From: Mustelus asterias
Taxonomy: Eukaryota
Reading direction: 5' to 3'
DNA: 64,000 nucleotides
Assembly (NCBI RefSeq): GCF_964213995.1
Contig: NC_135825.1
Span: forward strand, 28,086,001-28,150,000
Position numbers and translations under genes: made by a program. The notes under the pieces are model-generated. The model was not told the DNA's origin and did not search any database. It saw only the letters and a program-made list of their open reading frames with translations. Positions 38,401 through 51,900 of this stretch are shown in pieces (the stretch's first letter is position 1; every line of letters starts with the position of its first letter).

Positions 38401-39527
38401 TAGCAAAGGGCATGGTTATGGGACAAATAAAGATAGAAAAGATTCCTATTGAGAACATGTGTATGGCAGAATGATGAACAGTTGCCTCCTGAAAGCAAAG
38501 ACAGTAAAATCAAAGCCTGCAAAATTAAGGTAGAGGTTATGATTTGAAATTGTTTAATACGCTGTAAAGTGCCTCATCTTGTACGTTGAGCTGATCCTGA
38601 ACTTCATTGGAGTCCAAGGGCTGAGAGATCGGGGTAGGAGCAGGATGGAGAATTAAAGTGATAGGTGATGGTGATTTCATTGTCTTCTAGAAGCACAACA
38701 ACTGAAAACTATTGCTCTTGGTGGACTTTCTATCCCTGACTTGAAGTGAATGAGTTAATCAGTTATGTGCATCACACAGATTTTTTCCCAATTGGTAATC
38801 AATTTCATGGTACTTTGTAAACCTTAATTCTGTGAAAATCAACTTGTTATTTGTACACTTTTTAATGAAGAGTGCGTATGATTTACTATTTGGATTCAAA
38901 TTTTATACAATGAACCAGATAATATGTTATTAGCTCGTAGTGCAATGTTCATGAATTGTATTCGATCATACGTGTAAGATTGGACTGTAAAATGAGACTT
39001 TGCAGACTGTGTGAAGGGTATAAAACCTTTCCAGCAGAATGAATTGTTGTCTGCACTGTCAAAATAAATTTGTTCTGATCTACTAACCCCCTGAAGCAAT
39101 ATGATGTCAATATGTTCCAACTATGGAAAGCTTGATGCTTGTTCTGAGCTAGATTACAATAAAATGTTGTGCTTGATAATTGCTTGAGGCAGTTGTCATT
39201 TATTCTGTGCAGGAAGTTTTTATGTCTAATTCAAAATTTAGTCAATTAATAGTTATTGTTATTACGCTGCACATTTTGTATGGATGACTAAAGATACAAT
39301 TCCCTTTAGCAAATAGCTCTATTTCCTGTTTGCATGTAAATTCTAATCATTAGTTTTGTGAACTCAATTATTGCTGTGATATTGTTTTCTTTTAAATATT
39401 TGTATAAAATGTGCAGTGATTAGTGTAAATCAGTTCATGACCAGTTAATACTAATTTTATTTTTGCAGATAATATAAATATAGAATTGCCATTTTTACTT
39501 GAATTTATGGACCAACAAGTCCCAATC

Positions 39528-39574
39528 ATGATTCTGGGATGGGGTTCCAATGATTCTGGGATGGGGTTCCAATG
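39528..39574 (+). repeat. 22-bp perfect tandem duplication
   Basis: ATGATTCTGGGATGGGGTTCCA x2 + ATG. Confidence 0.95.
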
Positions 39575-39631
39575 TCATTTTCAGGGGGTTGTCTTAATAC
39601 TAAGTTGATTTGTGTTGGTTTCTTCTTGCAG

Positions 39632-39945
39632 CTTGCTTAAAGAAGGTTCTAAGATGTACACACAGTCCAAATCAAAGAGAGCCTCAAGTTTCCATGAGTT
39701 TGCAAAAAGCACCAGTGATGCTTGGGATATTGGGGATGATGAAGAAGAGGAGTTCACGTCTTTTGCTTCCCAAAGCCTTAATTCAAAGGTTGCAATGGCA
39801 ACAGCTGCTCAGGTCATTCAGAACCACAATAAATTGAAGGACTCTCCTGGAGAGAAAATGCAGCAATCGGAATCAATCGATGAGGTTAAAAGGAATGGCA
39901 AGGTGGTCAAATCGAACAGTGAAGTGCAACTGTCAGTGTCTTCAG
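39632..39945 (+). CDS. TBC1D22B: TBC1D22B internal coding exon (exon 3 equivalent, 314 nt)
   Basis: tcttcttgcAG acceptor, CAG|GTAAG donor. Reads LLKEGSKMYTQSKSKRASSFHEFAKSTSDAWDIGDDEEEEF..SLNSKVAMATAAQVIQNHNKL..KVVKSNSEVQLS. ASSFHEFA/DAWDIGDDEEE/LNSKVA.ATAAQV resembles paralog B rather than A. Phases match both neighbouring exons. Confidence 0.95.
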
Positions 39946-40250
39946 GTAAGGACCTGTTTACACTTCTATAGGCATAATTGGAGCGATTTATGTTCTTGAT
40001 CATTGGAGATGTTAATTGTTAACCCTCTATTTTATTATTATTCCTTGATGTGTAAATAGGTTGCCCATGGTGTTTCTAAACAATACCTTAGTATGTCTGT
40101 ATGTGCATGCTCCTGTGTATGGTGGACACACCAAAAAAGAAGCTGCAAATAAAGCAGTTGCATATTGACCATTCTAAATGGATGTAAGCAACACCTGAAA
40201 ACCACCAACACTTATAAATTAAGAGCTGCGGACAGCCTTCAAGACACCAA

Positions 40251-40373
40251 GGGTGGGATTTTCCGGCCGTGCTCGCCCCAAAGCTGGAAAATCCCGCCCA
40301 AGGTCAACAGACCTTTGTATGGTCCGTGTCCCGCTACAATTCCCGTGGCAGGCGGGACGGGAAAATTCCACCC
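40251..40373. mobile_element. Short MITE (PIF/Harbinger-type)
   Basis: TIRs GGGTGGGATTTTCC / GGAAAATTCCACCC; 3-bp TSD CAA. Confidence 0.75.
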
Positions 40374-42023
40374 CAAGTTCATTTGCAACTTAAAATATGG
40401 GACATGCAGGTAAGCATGAGGTGGCAAGCTGTGAAAAGCTGGGCTTTTGTGGAACGGAGATCTCTGTCCAATATCCAGATAAACCACTGTACCGCTGGGA
40501 TTGAATGCTTCCAAACTGTATCCCAGGAATAGCTTGGTTTTTCTGCTGCTATTGAAGTTGGGTAATGTGCAAGAACCAAGAACCAGGAAAACTGCCCAGT
40601 GCGGTTCCTGGTTTAGACTGGAGATCTGACTTGGATGATAAGAATTCACTTTTTTCCATTCCTGTCAGATGTTGAGGTATTGCTAGTTTCAAACTTTATT
40701 TGGCAAAGGGCATGGGCACAGATTGTGAAAACAGCCATGCAGGAGGCAAGCTTTAGTCAAACTACAAATAGAGCATTCATAACTCAACAAACAACGCATG
40801 AGAGGCTGAACCTAATTGAAAAAAGTAAAATTGCATCTCACTTCACTGGTACATCAGTTACCAATGAGATGTTAACAACACCTTAACTCCACAACATTTA
40901 AAACAGTAGCAACTTCAGCAGGTGGAGGGAGGGCATCCTGGTTAGGGGTCTGCAGGACATCAATTTTGCTGCATCTCCAAGGTACTCTGGTCCTCCATCA
41001 GTCATCTTGCCCTGTGCAGTCTGCTACTGTAGCAGATTCCAGGATCAGGGCATTCCTCCCTCAATGCAAAGATCTTGCAGTGGCAATGAACTGGGAAACC
41101 CAGCAATAGAAAATTAGTTGAAGTCATATCCTTCTGGCAGGTTTTCAGAAACTGGCATAATTCCAAATGAGGGCATAGCAAGGAACATTGCAGGAGATAC
41201 AGTCAATCCCAGGATATTTGTTTCATCTAGTTGACTGTATGGCCATTTTCAAAATAAGAATTTCGGCGATCAGAAACTCACCATATTAGAGTCCATTAGG
41301 TGTCCCTAATTTACAAGGTTCACTGTAAATATATAATATAACATATTTATATTTTTGATAGCTATAATTGTCAGGTTTTTTTTTGCATGAGAAGAAAACA
41401 ACTGAATTAGGGATAATTTATCAAACTAAAAGATAAAAATATCAGGATATTGGAAGATGTAGGGTTAGGAAGCTCAGAGAAGAATGCTACGTATGCTTGG
41501 AACTCTGAAACCACCTCAAAATGAAAGCTTTTTCTGCAATAATACAATTTGAATTCTTAATTGGCTAACAATTCATCTCTTAAATAATAGGAAGAAATCA
41601 TTGTCATCAGAGGTTTTCCCAAAAGGGGATTTTCACAGTAACTTCATTGCAGTGTTAATGTAAGCCTACTTGTGATTAATAAATAAAGATAAGGACTCTG
41701 GCTGCAGTTTAAATTTTGTTAATGGCACTTTGGATTTAAGTATTTATTTATGGAACCTTATTTTTGCAATATGTTCCACATGGATTTATATTGCCTAAAT
41801 ATGATTGATTTTCACATTTGTATCCATAAATAATCCAAGTGTAAAATGTTATAATTTTGAATTGTCCTTGATGTGGAGAATAGATTATTACCTTTTGGTA
41901 TATCTTCATGATGAGAATGGATGGCATAACTGACAATGCAAGTTAATTATGTGTGAACATGATATTCCTGATTAGAATTGGCATCTGAACTGTGTAATAA
42001 GGCCTTTTAAGCATTTTTAAGTA

Positions 42024-42420
42024 TCAGTTTGGCTCAGTTAGTGGCTCTCCTTCTGAGTCTGTCGTTTTGTGTTTTAGCCCCATTGCAGACTTGACCATAC
42101 AATCTTGACTGCGAACCTGCATTATTGAAGGTACATGAAATGAGACTTTAAATTGAAATCCTGTCTGCCTGTTGAGGTGAATGTGAAGGATCCCCTGGTG
42201 TTGTTGCAAGAAATGCAGATAGTTTACCCTTTTGTCTTGACCAATATTCCTCCCTTAGCTAATGGCACCAAAATTGGATTGTTTGGCCTTCAGTTTTTTA
42301 ATGCTGATTTTGGGACCTTTCTGTCTGTGATTTGGTTGCTTTGCTTGCTTATGTAGCAACATCAACTCCATTTCAGTAGAAATCCATTAGCTGTAAATCA
42401 CTGAGGATGTCAGGTGGTAC
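42024..42420 (+). mobile_element. Deu-domain SINE (SacSINE1-like), decayed
   Basis: CCTGTCTGCCT..GAGGTGAATGTGAAGGATCCCCTGG..TGTCTTGACCAATATTCCTCCCT resembles the Deu core. A minus-strand relative lies at ~59890-60220. Confidence 0.65.
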
Positions 42421-43245
42421 GCAAATTCACTTTTCTGTATTGTACAGTATTTGGATCATCTCACCTGCCTTCAGAAAAGGACACATAGATAAGTAGCATA
42501 TTTAATGTGCATTTATTAGTGATCACAATTCTTCAAATCTGAGGAATCCCACTAATGAGTTGCACTAGGGCATAAAATTTCTCAGCCCAAGTAGTCTTCA
42601 CTTAAATGACACACTCATTGTAGAAAATTGATTGGTGCATTTCCCTCCTCACATTTCGCTCCTAAAAATAATCCATGGAAGAATTGAGTTGACCGTTGCT
42701 GGAGTACAGTAAACTCATAGGATTCATAATTGCATATCCTTTCATTTATTACAGGTGGAGACTGAATGAACTGCTGTACACTCCTTCACTGACAAGTCTC
42801 TAATAAGACCTCATTCCTCCTCATTCATGCCTCAGTGGTAACTTTGACCCTTAAACGTACAAATAAAAGGGGAATGAAGTGGATATCATATTTGTTTGAG
42901 TGGTTATTGGCCAGCGAGTATTGGTTGCCATTATGAGGAACCTCCTTTTTGGTTTAATCGTTAAGAAGGCAACGTAACATCATAGCAAAAGAAATCTATG
43001 TGTGCAGTAAGAATTTTGCATTTCTAAGATGCAGTACATTGATCATCTTGCTCAAGATCCCTGATGTAGAGAATTGCCTGTTGATTCTGAAAGTGGACAC
43101 AAGACTGTAATGTGGGTTTGCAATTTCAGTACTGCCAGTGGGAGAGAGGTGCCCCTCTGTGTGGCTTTTTGTGTCTTAATTGTACCTGCTGGAATAGTAA
43201 TGTTTTCTCAGGGTCAAAGTAAGGAATGGAGATTTGGGTCATCAA

Positions 43246-43453
43246 CATAGAATCATAGAATCCCTACAGTGCATGAGAAGCCATTCGGCCCTTGAGTCCG
43301 CACCAACCCTCTGACAGTATCTTACCCAGGCCTCTCCCCCGACCTATCCCAATAACCCCATACATTTACCATGGCTAATCCCCTAAACTCAATATCTTTG
43401 GTCACTGAGGGACAATTTAGCATGGCCCATCCATCTAACCTCCTCATATTTGG
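43246..43453 (-). mobile_element. HE1-like SINE 3' fragment
   Basis: catagaatcatagaatccctacagtgca..gccattcggccc tail and part of the body. Confidence 0.8.
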
Positions 43454-46400
43454 AACATCCTCATTGAATGGCCACCCTCAATTATTACTGTTTGATTTGG
43501 GTCTACTATATTAGGAACTAGTTCTTCAGGTCTTAGCTTTGTGGCTAAGGTCTACAGGCAAGGTTAAAGGTTGGTGAATGGGAACAAAGTTTAAAACTTT
43601 AAGGGTAATGACTGCTTCAGAGATGCCATTTGGATAGAATCCTTTTCTGAGATTTGTCATGTGGGTGAACTATTGCATGTCCTAATGGAAAAGGAACATA
43701 GAGTATAATTTTCTTAGTGTACTGCATGTGGAAGCCAAACATTTAGTTCCTGTGTATTAATGGAAAGGTCATGGCCAACGAACGGTGCTTACTGTTTTGT
43801 AAAAGATTTAGCAATTTATGGTAAAGAGGGGATATGGAATGAGTTCCAATTCTCCACAAGTTGCTGGGTGAGTTTCAAAGCTTTGTCCTTGGCCTCAAGA
43901 AAACAGGAAAAAGTGCAAACTTGTTGTAAACCTCCCAGGAGCATTCATTGTGCACTATGAAATTGCTGGATTTAAGATATCAATATGATTAATCTTGCAG
44001 CAGGCTGTTAGAGCTTGTAATTCATGTCATAAGGACCCCCTCAAAGGTGTGATCTATGACCTTCACATGGCACTGAAACTTGGCTCAAAAAGAGGCCAGT
44101 TAAGCAGTGGATTTTCTCTCCAATTGATTCTGCATTGTTCACAAGGGTCCCTGGTATCTAAAATTGTCTCAGGAGTCTGTTTTGTTAAAACTATTTGCAA
44201 CCAACACTGCTGCAACTACTCAAAAATGATAACTCCCAGGATACAGCTCTTTTGAGATGTGGCTCACCAACTTGAGTTCCAATGCTCCTGTTGTTAGTAG
44301 CCAACTTGAAAGAAGAGCAGAGGGGACTGGTTCACAGGTTGAGGCACCATGGATGGAGGTTGATCAGAACTAACTATTACTCCACCCTCCAAGAGAGCCT
44401 GCAGGAAGAGAATGTTCTTTGATACACAAAATGTCAGCAGAGTTCTTTGTGAGAAGGTTGCAATGCAGACAGTTGGTCATCACATGTGATACCCTAAAGG
44501 TGGACTCTACTTCCTGCAGGGCCTTGCCAGTGGTGATGGAGGTGAAGATAACCCTCAATTTCTATGCAAGCCGTTCCTTTCAGGTAGGGATCGGTGATGT
44601 GCGACGTCACTCAGGGTCACACTAAGCCAAGGTCTGCCTTCAACAAGTGTAGATTTAAGTAGCCACGTGTCTACAGTTGTATCTTTCCACTGCTGCGCTA
44701 CTGATGATGTGGAAGGTTGTCATCTGCCACAGTTTCAGTTTTACACCTTGGCCACTAAGATCTATCCTTGAAAGATTTCCCAAATGTTCTAAACTAACGT
44801 GTGATGCACAGTTGGACATCACAGGCTATCACATTCAGTGAATGGCATCCTGGTACAGGAGCATTACAAGTTCTTAATCTTCTATGGCATGTGGTTTCAG
44901 TTCCTTTGCTGCACTAAAGATCAGGTCATTCCCATGAATGGGAATGGATGAATTGGGGTGTTGAAACCATGCTTCTGGTGCTTAGAGTTTAGGAGTGTTC
45001 TGCCTGGCAAATTGCTATAGATTGTGGTGGTACGCTGCACAATGCACAATATTGCCCTGTGTTTTTCAAAGGGAAGTAGCAAATCCTTTCCGAGAAGTGC
45101 CAAACATACATTCTGCGGTGAATATTTCTATGTCACTGCAGATTGAACTGAGCAGTAAACTACAGACCACAGTAATAAACTTTTTTGAAGTATCAAAAAG
45201 ATAGAAATTACTTCACAGAATCACAAAATTGTTAAGGCACAGAAGGCGACCATTTGGTCCATGTTTGCATTGGCTCTCCAAATGAGCATCATAACTAAGT
45301 GCCTTTCCCCTGTACCTGCACATTGGGTTCTATTCATGTATTTTATTATTCAAATACCCTCTTGAATGCCTTGATTGAACCTGCCTCCAATACAGTTCCA
45401 GGCAGTGCATGAAACTTGCGTGAAAAGTTTCTTTTCTTGTATCACATTTTGTATTATCCACAAACTTTGAAATTGTCTCCAAGGTCTAGATCATTAACAT
45501 ATGTCAGAAAAAGTAAGGGGTCCCAACACCGACCGCATGGGGTACCGCTTCAAGACTTTCTCCAGTCTGAAAATTATCCATTGACTGTTTCTCTTTGCTT
45601 CCTACTATTCAGCCAATTTTGCATCCACGTTACTAATGTCCCTTCCACGATAACTTTTTTCTCAAGTCTGTTGTATGTCATTATTGAATGCCTTCTGAAC
45701 ATCCAATTACATCAAAAGCATTACACTCATTGACCCTTTCTGTTCCTACTCAGAAAACTCCAAGTTAGTTAAATACAATTTCCCCTTTAGAAATCTATGC
45801 TGGCTCTTTTGAATCAAACCACATTTTTAAAAGTAACTCCTAATTCTATCACAAATAATTGTTACTAGAACTTGCGCACCACTGATGAAAGGGGCATCAT
45901 ATGTACTGCCCTACATATACATTCTAGGGCATGGTTTTTATATCCGGCCTGTTGGTTGGGAGCTGGGACGGTTGTGGTGAGGTGGTGGATGCAGTTACTA
46001 CCTGTTATAGTGGCTAATTGGCTGAATTACTGGATGAGCATCAGGCAGACACACCTGGGGCTTCCACCCAGGACTCTCCAAGAGTGCCCATGAGTGCCAG
46101 GTCACCTCTGCCTGTGACTCCATCAGCTTCAACCTCTGAGACTGCTGAAGGGACACCTAGCCCGGAGCAGGAGACCCAAAGAAGTCCGGGGCTCACCGGC
46201 CTTCGCCCTCGAGAGGACTCCCACCAAAGTCATGTCAAGAGGACATAGTGGTCAGCAGGCTGCCTGCCCCTCTGCTGCGGATGTTGGGGAATGTATGAAG
46301 TTCGTGCTGGTGGCACAGGTGTATAATCATTGTAAATAGTTATTGCACCTTTGTCACAAAATTAATCATTGCACTTCACAGAGGTCTCCTGGGTTTTTCT

Positions 46401-47080
46401 TTCTGATGCTTCAGTCATTGCCTATGTGCATTCTTTCTCCACACCACCTCTCTGGTCGTTGCACACAGTACCCTCTACAGTCATCCAGTGATCCAGGCTG
46501 CAGCTTTTCAGCTAAATGCTGTCACCCTGTGAACATCATGTTGATCCAGTCATTAATCAGACCAATGTGAATTCCTACAAGATATGCTGTGGGGTGGGAG
46601 CATTCTAGTTGGCTGCTTATTTAAGAAACAATGATCTGCTGATCCAGTTCCCATGTCCGCCATTATTCCACTATGATAATTGGGATCCCGAGATCCTGCC
46701 GGCATTTGTCGCTGTCAGGAAATCGATTGTTTTCCTCCTTACTCTCTGCCCCTGCCTCCCAGGAATCCCGTATCTGGCGGGAAAGGAAAGTTCTGTCCAC
46801 AACGTGTGGCATCTGCAGTTGTACAGTGTACTCTATTGTGCTTCTAGCAGCTGGCAGTACTGTATCTGGATGATGCATCAAGCAGAACATTTACTGTTAA
46901 TCCTAATTGCATATCTCAAATTAACATAATTTTGTTGAACATCTTTGCTCTTTTATCTCGTAGAGCATATAGCTTACAAAATTTAGGGGATAGTTTTGTA
47001 ATCATGAGCAAGTAGACCCCTCCTTCTCAAAACAAGATAAAATGTTTTCCTGTTTGTTGTTTCTGACTTTGAGATGAGAT

Positions 47081-47405
47081 GGGCGGCACGGTGGCACAGT
47101 GGTTAGCACTGCTGCCTCACAGTGCCACGGATCCGGGTTTGATTCCCGGCTTGGGTCGCTGTCTGTGTGGAGTTTGCACGTTCTCCTCGTGTTTGCGTGG
47201 GTTTCCTCCGGGTGCTCCGGTTTCCTCCCATAGTCCAAAGATGTGCGGATTAGGTGGATTGGCCATGTAAAATTGCTCCTTAGTATCAGGGGAACCAAGA
47301 GAGTAAATGTCTGAGGTCATGAGCAAAGGGCCTGGGCGGGAGTGTGGTCTGCAAACCCAATGGGCCAAATGGCCTCCTTCTGCACTGTTGGGATTCTATG
47401 TTCTA
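47081..47405 (+). mobile_element. HE1-like V-SINE, full length, CR1 tail
   Basis: A/B boxes, V-domain, GGCCTCCTTCTGCACTGT..ATTCTATG tail. Confidence 0.9.
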
Positions 47406-48487
47406 AGGGGAAAATAAAAGTTGCCAACCCCCTGTTGGGAAAGCTTGTGTGCCATTGAGTCCAGTGACGAGTTGCAGAGACTTCAAGTGAGACTGTGCAA
47501 ATATTTCACTTGTGCAATAAGGGCTTGTTCATCTTTAACTTGACCTGTATATTTTAATAAACCGCCAGGGGAATTTATGCTGTTCCTTGACTTGATTTAT
47601 AGCCAAAAATAGGATAAATTACTATACCCGCTTAGAGACTCATTGGTCAAGCCTCTTCTTCTAGCTTCATGGCTAGAGGGTGAAGTTTCAGAGCAGCAGA
47701 CCATTCCTTCCCATCAAACGAGATGTGTGCAATGAATTGTAACACTTTCACTGTTAACAGGATCACTATAATATCAATCATATTTAATGCCAGACTGATG
47801 CAATTACAGGGGGCATACTCCTTGGGACATGGGGTAATTTCAGCAAAACCAGTGAGCTGGCATTCTGTGGAGACCTTGAGAAGATTACAAATTGCTTGTG
47901 GGAATTTTGTAATCCACTAAGAGTTGTTTTTATACTTTCTTTAGAAACTGGGTCATTTCTATTTATCAGTCTTTCAGCTGAATTTCACCTCTGTTCATAT
48001 TGATTTGGGAAATATATTACAAATTCCACAAGCCTTTCTGGAATGATTTATTCTGTTGTGCTGATGTTTAGTAACTTGGACGATTCAGTATAATTTAGCA
48101 CGACAGGTGAGAGAAAATTCAAGAGTAGCATACCATGGAATAGTTGTTTTTGTTTACATACCACCCGATAGCCTGCCTGGATTTTTAAAATGTCTGTTTA
48201 AGAAATTACTTTTGCTTTTTGAAGATTATTGCAAGCAATTTAAGTTTTGAGTTTAATTAGCTTCTGGCTTTAAGTTTGGCAAACTCATTCTGAATCTTGT
48301 CCCTGCTGTCTGCTGGCAGGTAGATTGGATGGCAGGAAAGGTTCTTGCACTTTCGTAAAACTGCATTTCCGTTGTGGAATTCCCTGGTATGTCTTGTATG
48401 TAATGTTGCGTAGGTAGGAGTGTTGACCTTAGCCTTGCAGAAATGTAGGGTTTTCCTTATGAAAGGGACCAACAGGTAAAGCAGGTA

Positions 48488-48674
48488 CAGAAATAGAAAA
48501 TGCTGGAAAATCTCAGCAGGTCTGACAGCATCTTTGTCAGAGCTCTGACGAAGGATTATCCAGACTCTAAATGTTGGCTCCATTCTCGCTCCACACATGC
48601 TGTTAGACCTGTTGAGATTTTCCAGCATTTTCTGTTTTTGTTTCAGATTTCGGCATCTGCAGTATTTTGTTTTT
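48488..48674. mobile_element. Penelope-like inverted element with decayed minimal hammerhead
   Basis: Arms AAAATGCTGGAAAATCTCAGCAGGTC / GACCTGTTGAGATTTTCCAGCATTTT; axis GTCAGAG|CTCTGAC; CTGACGA at 48545; degenerate TSD AGRTAAAGCAGRTA. Confidence 0.75.
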
Positions 48675-48829
48675 AGATAAAGCAGATATATTATTGATCA
48701 TTAATATTATAATAAAGGTGGCTTTGGTTCCTGAAATTGTGCCTAATATTTGAAATATGGTGACTGCTTTACATTTGATACTGTTTTTGTTGAATATGTA
48801 GGCAGTGGCATTTCATAGAAGGTACTTGT

Positions 48830-49040
48830 GACCTGACATAGTTGGCTAGCACACTGTCATTTCATCTCTGGAAACTGGGATTAAATCCAACTTGAAATAT
48901 TGGAAAGAAAGTCTCGTGTTTCTGCCAGCTGTAAGGATACTTTATGAAATGTGTGTGAGCTTGGCCTAGTTCTTAATTAGTGTAAGTCCATGAAATTGAC
49001 ACAGATCATTGCCAAATTCAGTTTTTGTTGGGCACAAGGG
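48830..49040 (+). mobile_element. LF-SINE-like ancient SINE
   Basis: TTTCATCTCTGG..CTGGGATTAAATCCA..GAAAGTC..TCTGCCAGCTGT..TATGAAATG..CTAGTTCTTA..GTCCA..TTGTTGG is collinear with the recalled LF-SINE consensus. Confidence 0.55.
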
Positions 49041-51079
49041 TGGCAGGTGTAGAGGATGGAGACATTCGCACTGATGAGTTCAGTGAAAGATTTTGCAAAA
49101 TTAAAGTGATGGAAAATGCTACAGAGAAGGAAATGAGGGACTGTTTGGAAATGGAGGCATTAATTGGAGTTACTTACGAAATGATGAAAGTTTCTTTCAT
49201 TTTTGACTTCTGAAAATCAAAAGTACATTGCCTGGTTGAGCTGGCAGCTTTTCAAACCTGGATTGCAACAGGAGCAGAGTGCTATTTACTTTATCTTAAT
49301 TGTTTACTGAAAACCTACTCGTAAATGTTGTTAAAATTAATTTGGATGTTTAAATACATTGCCGATGTGGAATTTGTAGTTTTGCAATTAATTTTGTATC
49401 GAGAATAGTGTCTACATGGGAGTGTTATAATACTGTTGCCCAATGAAGCCGTACAGGTTACCTGCACCTCCCTGAAGATTAAACTATGTTCAGAGCTTTT
49501 TGAATTCCAAAGCTGAGTTGTTTCCAAGAAGTGTTTATTTGAATGGTAGCAGCCTGATGTGCCTATTTCTTTTACACATTGGTGGTTACAAAGCTTAAAG
49601 GGTATGATCGATTGAAGACCTGTCCTGTTTCAGACCTTAAGAATTTCACATGATTTTTCTTAGGCTTCTTGCATAGCTGCAGTTCTTCAGGTAGTCTGTC
49701 TATAAGGCAGATTTTTGGTGGAATTTGAGGCAGTTAGTCTTTTTTCACAGCTTTTTCTGTAAACCGCTGTCATCAGATTCAAATTTTTGACCAGATACCT
49801 TGGGCTTGTGATGTGCTAATGGATGAACAATCAAAATGCACTTTGTTTGTCATAAGTCAGGTGTTATATTATAAGAAATTTGCTATAACAGATTTCTTTG
49901 ATCATTTGGGATCAAGCAGTTTGTGTTATTCAGCAGTTATTAGAAGATACAAAGCTTGGATAATGGAACAGTTTAACATTGTGGCCTCTCTAAGCAACCA
50001 ATAGCTTGTTTTTCAGTCTTTTCCTGCTGATTTTGAAACCTATTTGTGATTGGCAGCTTTGATCAATTGTAAAATATATTGGTATGTTTTTCTTTTCTAC
50101 TAGAAGAGACATAAATGGAAATTGCAGCATATGTTCTTAAATTCCCTTCTTGCTGCATGCCTATAGGGACTCCATGAAAAATCCTTCCCACATAACAGCT
50201 TTTTATGAAGGACATTCTGGCCAAGTTATGAAAGTTACTACAGAGAACTGCACTGGTTTTGAGACTTCTCATCTATGGATACTTTTTTATGAAGTACTGG
50301 GAAGAAAAATCCTCATGATGGTGATTGACCTACTTCTAGTTACTGTCTCCTAATTGAAGTTTTTTAAATCTAAATTGTGTAGTATTTTAATTGTTGATTC
50401 CTGATGATTTTAGAGGGATTACAAATTGTCGGAAGTGGGCAATGCATACTGGTTTCACTGTACACCATTGATAAATAAAGGGGTAATTCACATTATAAAG
50501 TTGAGTTTTGATTACGAGAGTATGGATTTGACTATGGATGCTGACTTTTAAAGAAAACATTAACAGGGATCTCAGTTTTTCACAAGGTAAAAAGATTGGA
50601 AGGAATCCCAAATTATAACTGGGTATATTTTTTTCACTAACTTATTAATCTTCAACACAATCAGTATGTGCATTCCTATGTGCTTTGTGTCGTGGATAAA
50701 ACAATGCATTTATGATGGATGTAAATACATTGAATAGCATTGTACAGGTGCTGTCTAAGGAACCTTGGTAAGTTCCTGCAGTTTACCCTGTTCATGGAAC
50801 ACACTGCTCCACTGTGCATCGGTGGTGGAGATGGGGTGCCAGTCAAGTGGGCTCCTTTGTTCTGGATGGTGCCAAGCTTCTTGAGTGTTGGTGGAGCTGC
50901 ATTCATCCCTACAAGTGAAGAGTTACAAGTTACAACACAGAAACAGATCATTTGGCCCAATAGGTTATGCAACAGGCATCCTCCCTTTTTTTTTACTTTA
51001 TCTCGCCACAACATATTTTTCTATTCCTTTTTCCCTCATGTTTATTTAGCTATCCCTTAAAAGCATCAACATCTTTAGC

Positions 51080-51900
51080 TCTAACACTCAACCATGAAAC
51101 ATTTATCAAGGGGCTTCACAGAGGTATAATAAAAATGGATACCGAGTCAAAGAAGAGCTATTAGATGAGATGACCAGAAAATTGTTCAAAGAGGAAGTTT
51201 AAAGAATAGGCTTAACGGAGGAGGCACAAGTTGAAGGCATGGCCATCAATGGTTGGTTGAAGGAAAGCAGATGGATAAGAGGGTGGAGTCAAAAGAAATT
51301 AAAATTTGAATATTGGAAGTAATGTTGGAGGTGGTGACAGGGATAGCAACCCTATTGAAAAAATTGTTAGGGATGCACTTTTTATGGTTGGGCAGATGAG
51401 TGCAACTAATTAAGGGTGATCTCGCCAAACTGGATAAAACAGAACAGACATTGAAGTGTTGACCATGTAAAGGCTGCAGAGAAGCTGAAGAGTACAAGGA
51501 GCCATGAGGCATTGTGCTCATAGCCATCGAAAATATAGTATGTCTGATGATTAGCACCATTTTGGGAAGGGGAAAAAATGTAATTGATAGGAGGGTGCAA
51601 GCAGGAAATTGCTGGTGAAATTGGAACAGATCTGGAAGGTGAAAGGCATAGTGGGAGTGGAAAAAGTGTTTGTAGATTGCAAGGAGAGGGCAGTAGTGAT
51701 GGTAATTTTGTAAAAGAGGTGTTAATTCCTGAGAAGAGGGAATCATTTATATTGTCAGCTGTTGGGATTGTGGGCTGGTGGGTGAGGATCAGCAGTTTAG
51801 TGGGAATGAGATTTGTGAAGCAGGAATTGGGCCCCATGGAGGGCATGCCTTCAGAGAAGACGTGGGGGAATTGGAAGAGAAATTAGAACAAGAGGGTGAT
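51080..51900 (-). mobile_element. Decayed L2-type LINE fragment
   Basis: L2-like 3' end (gagatgaccagaaa..ttcaaagaggaagttt) and purine-rich antisense RT/EN relics. Similar pieces at ~61590-61870 and ~62570-63100. Confidence 0.5.

Noticed and set aside
45900-46900. GC-rich Pro/Ser-rich ORFs (46018-46248; similar character at 2956-3255) as extra exons
   Set aside because: No convincing splice sites or TBC1D22 similarity; probably decayed transposon sequence, family not assignable by eye.
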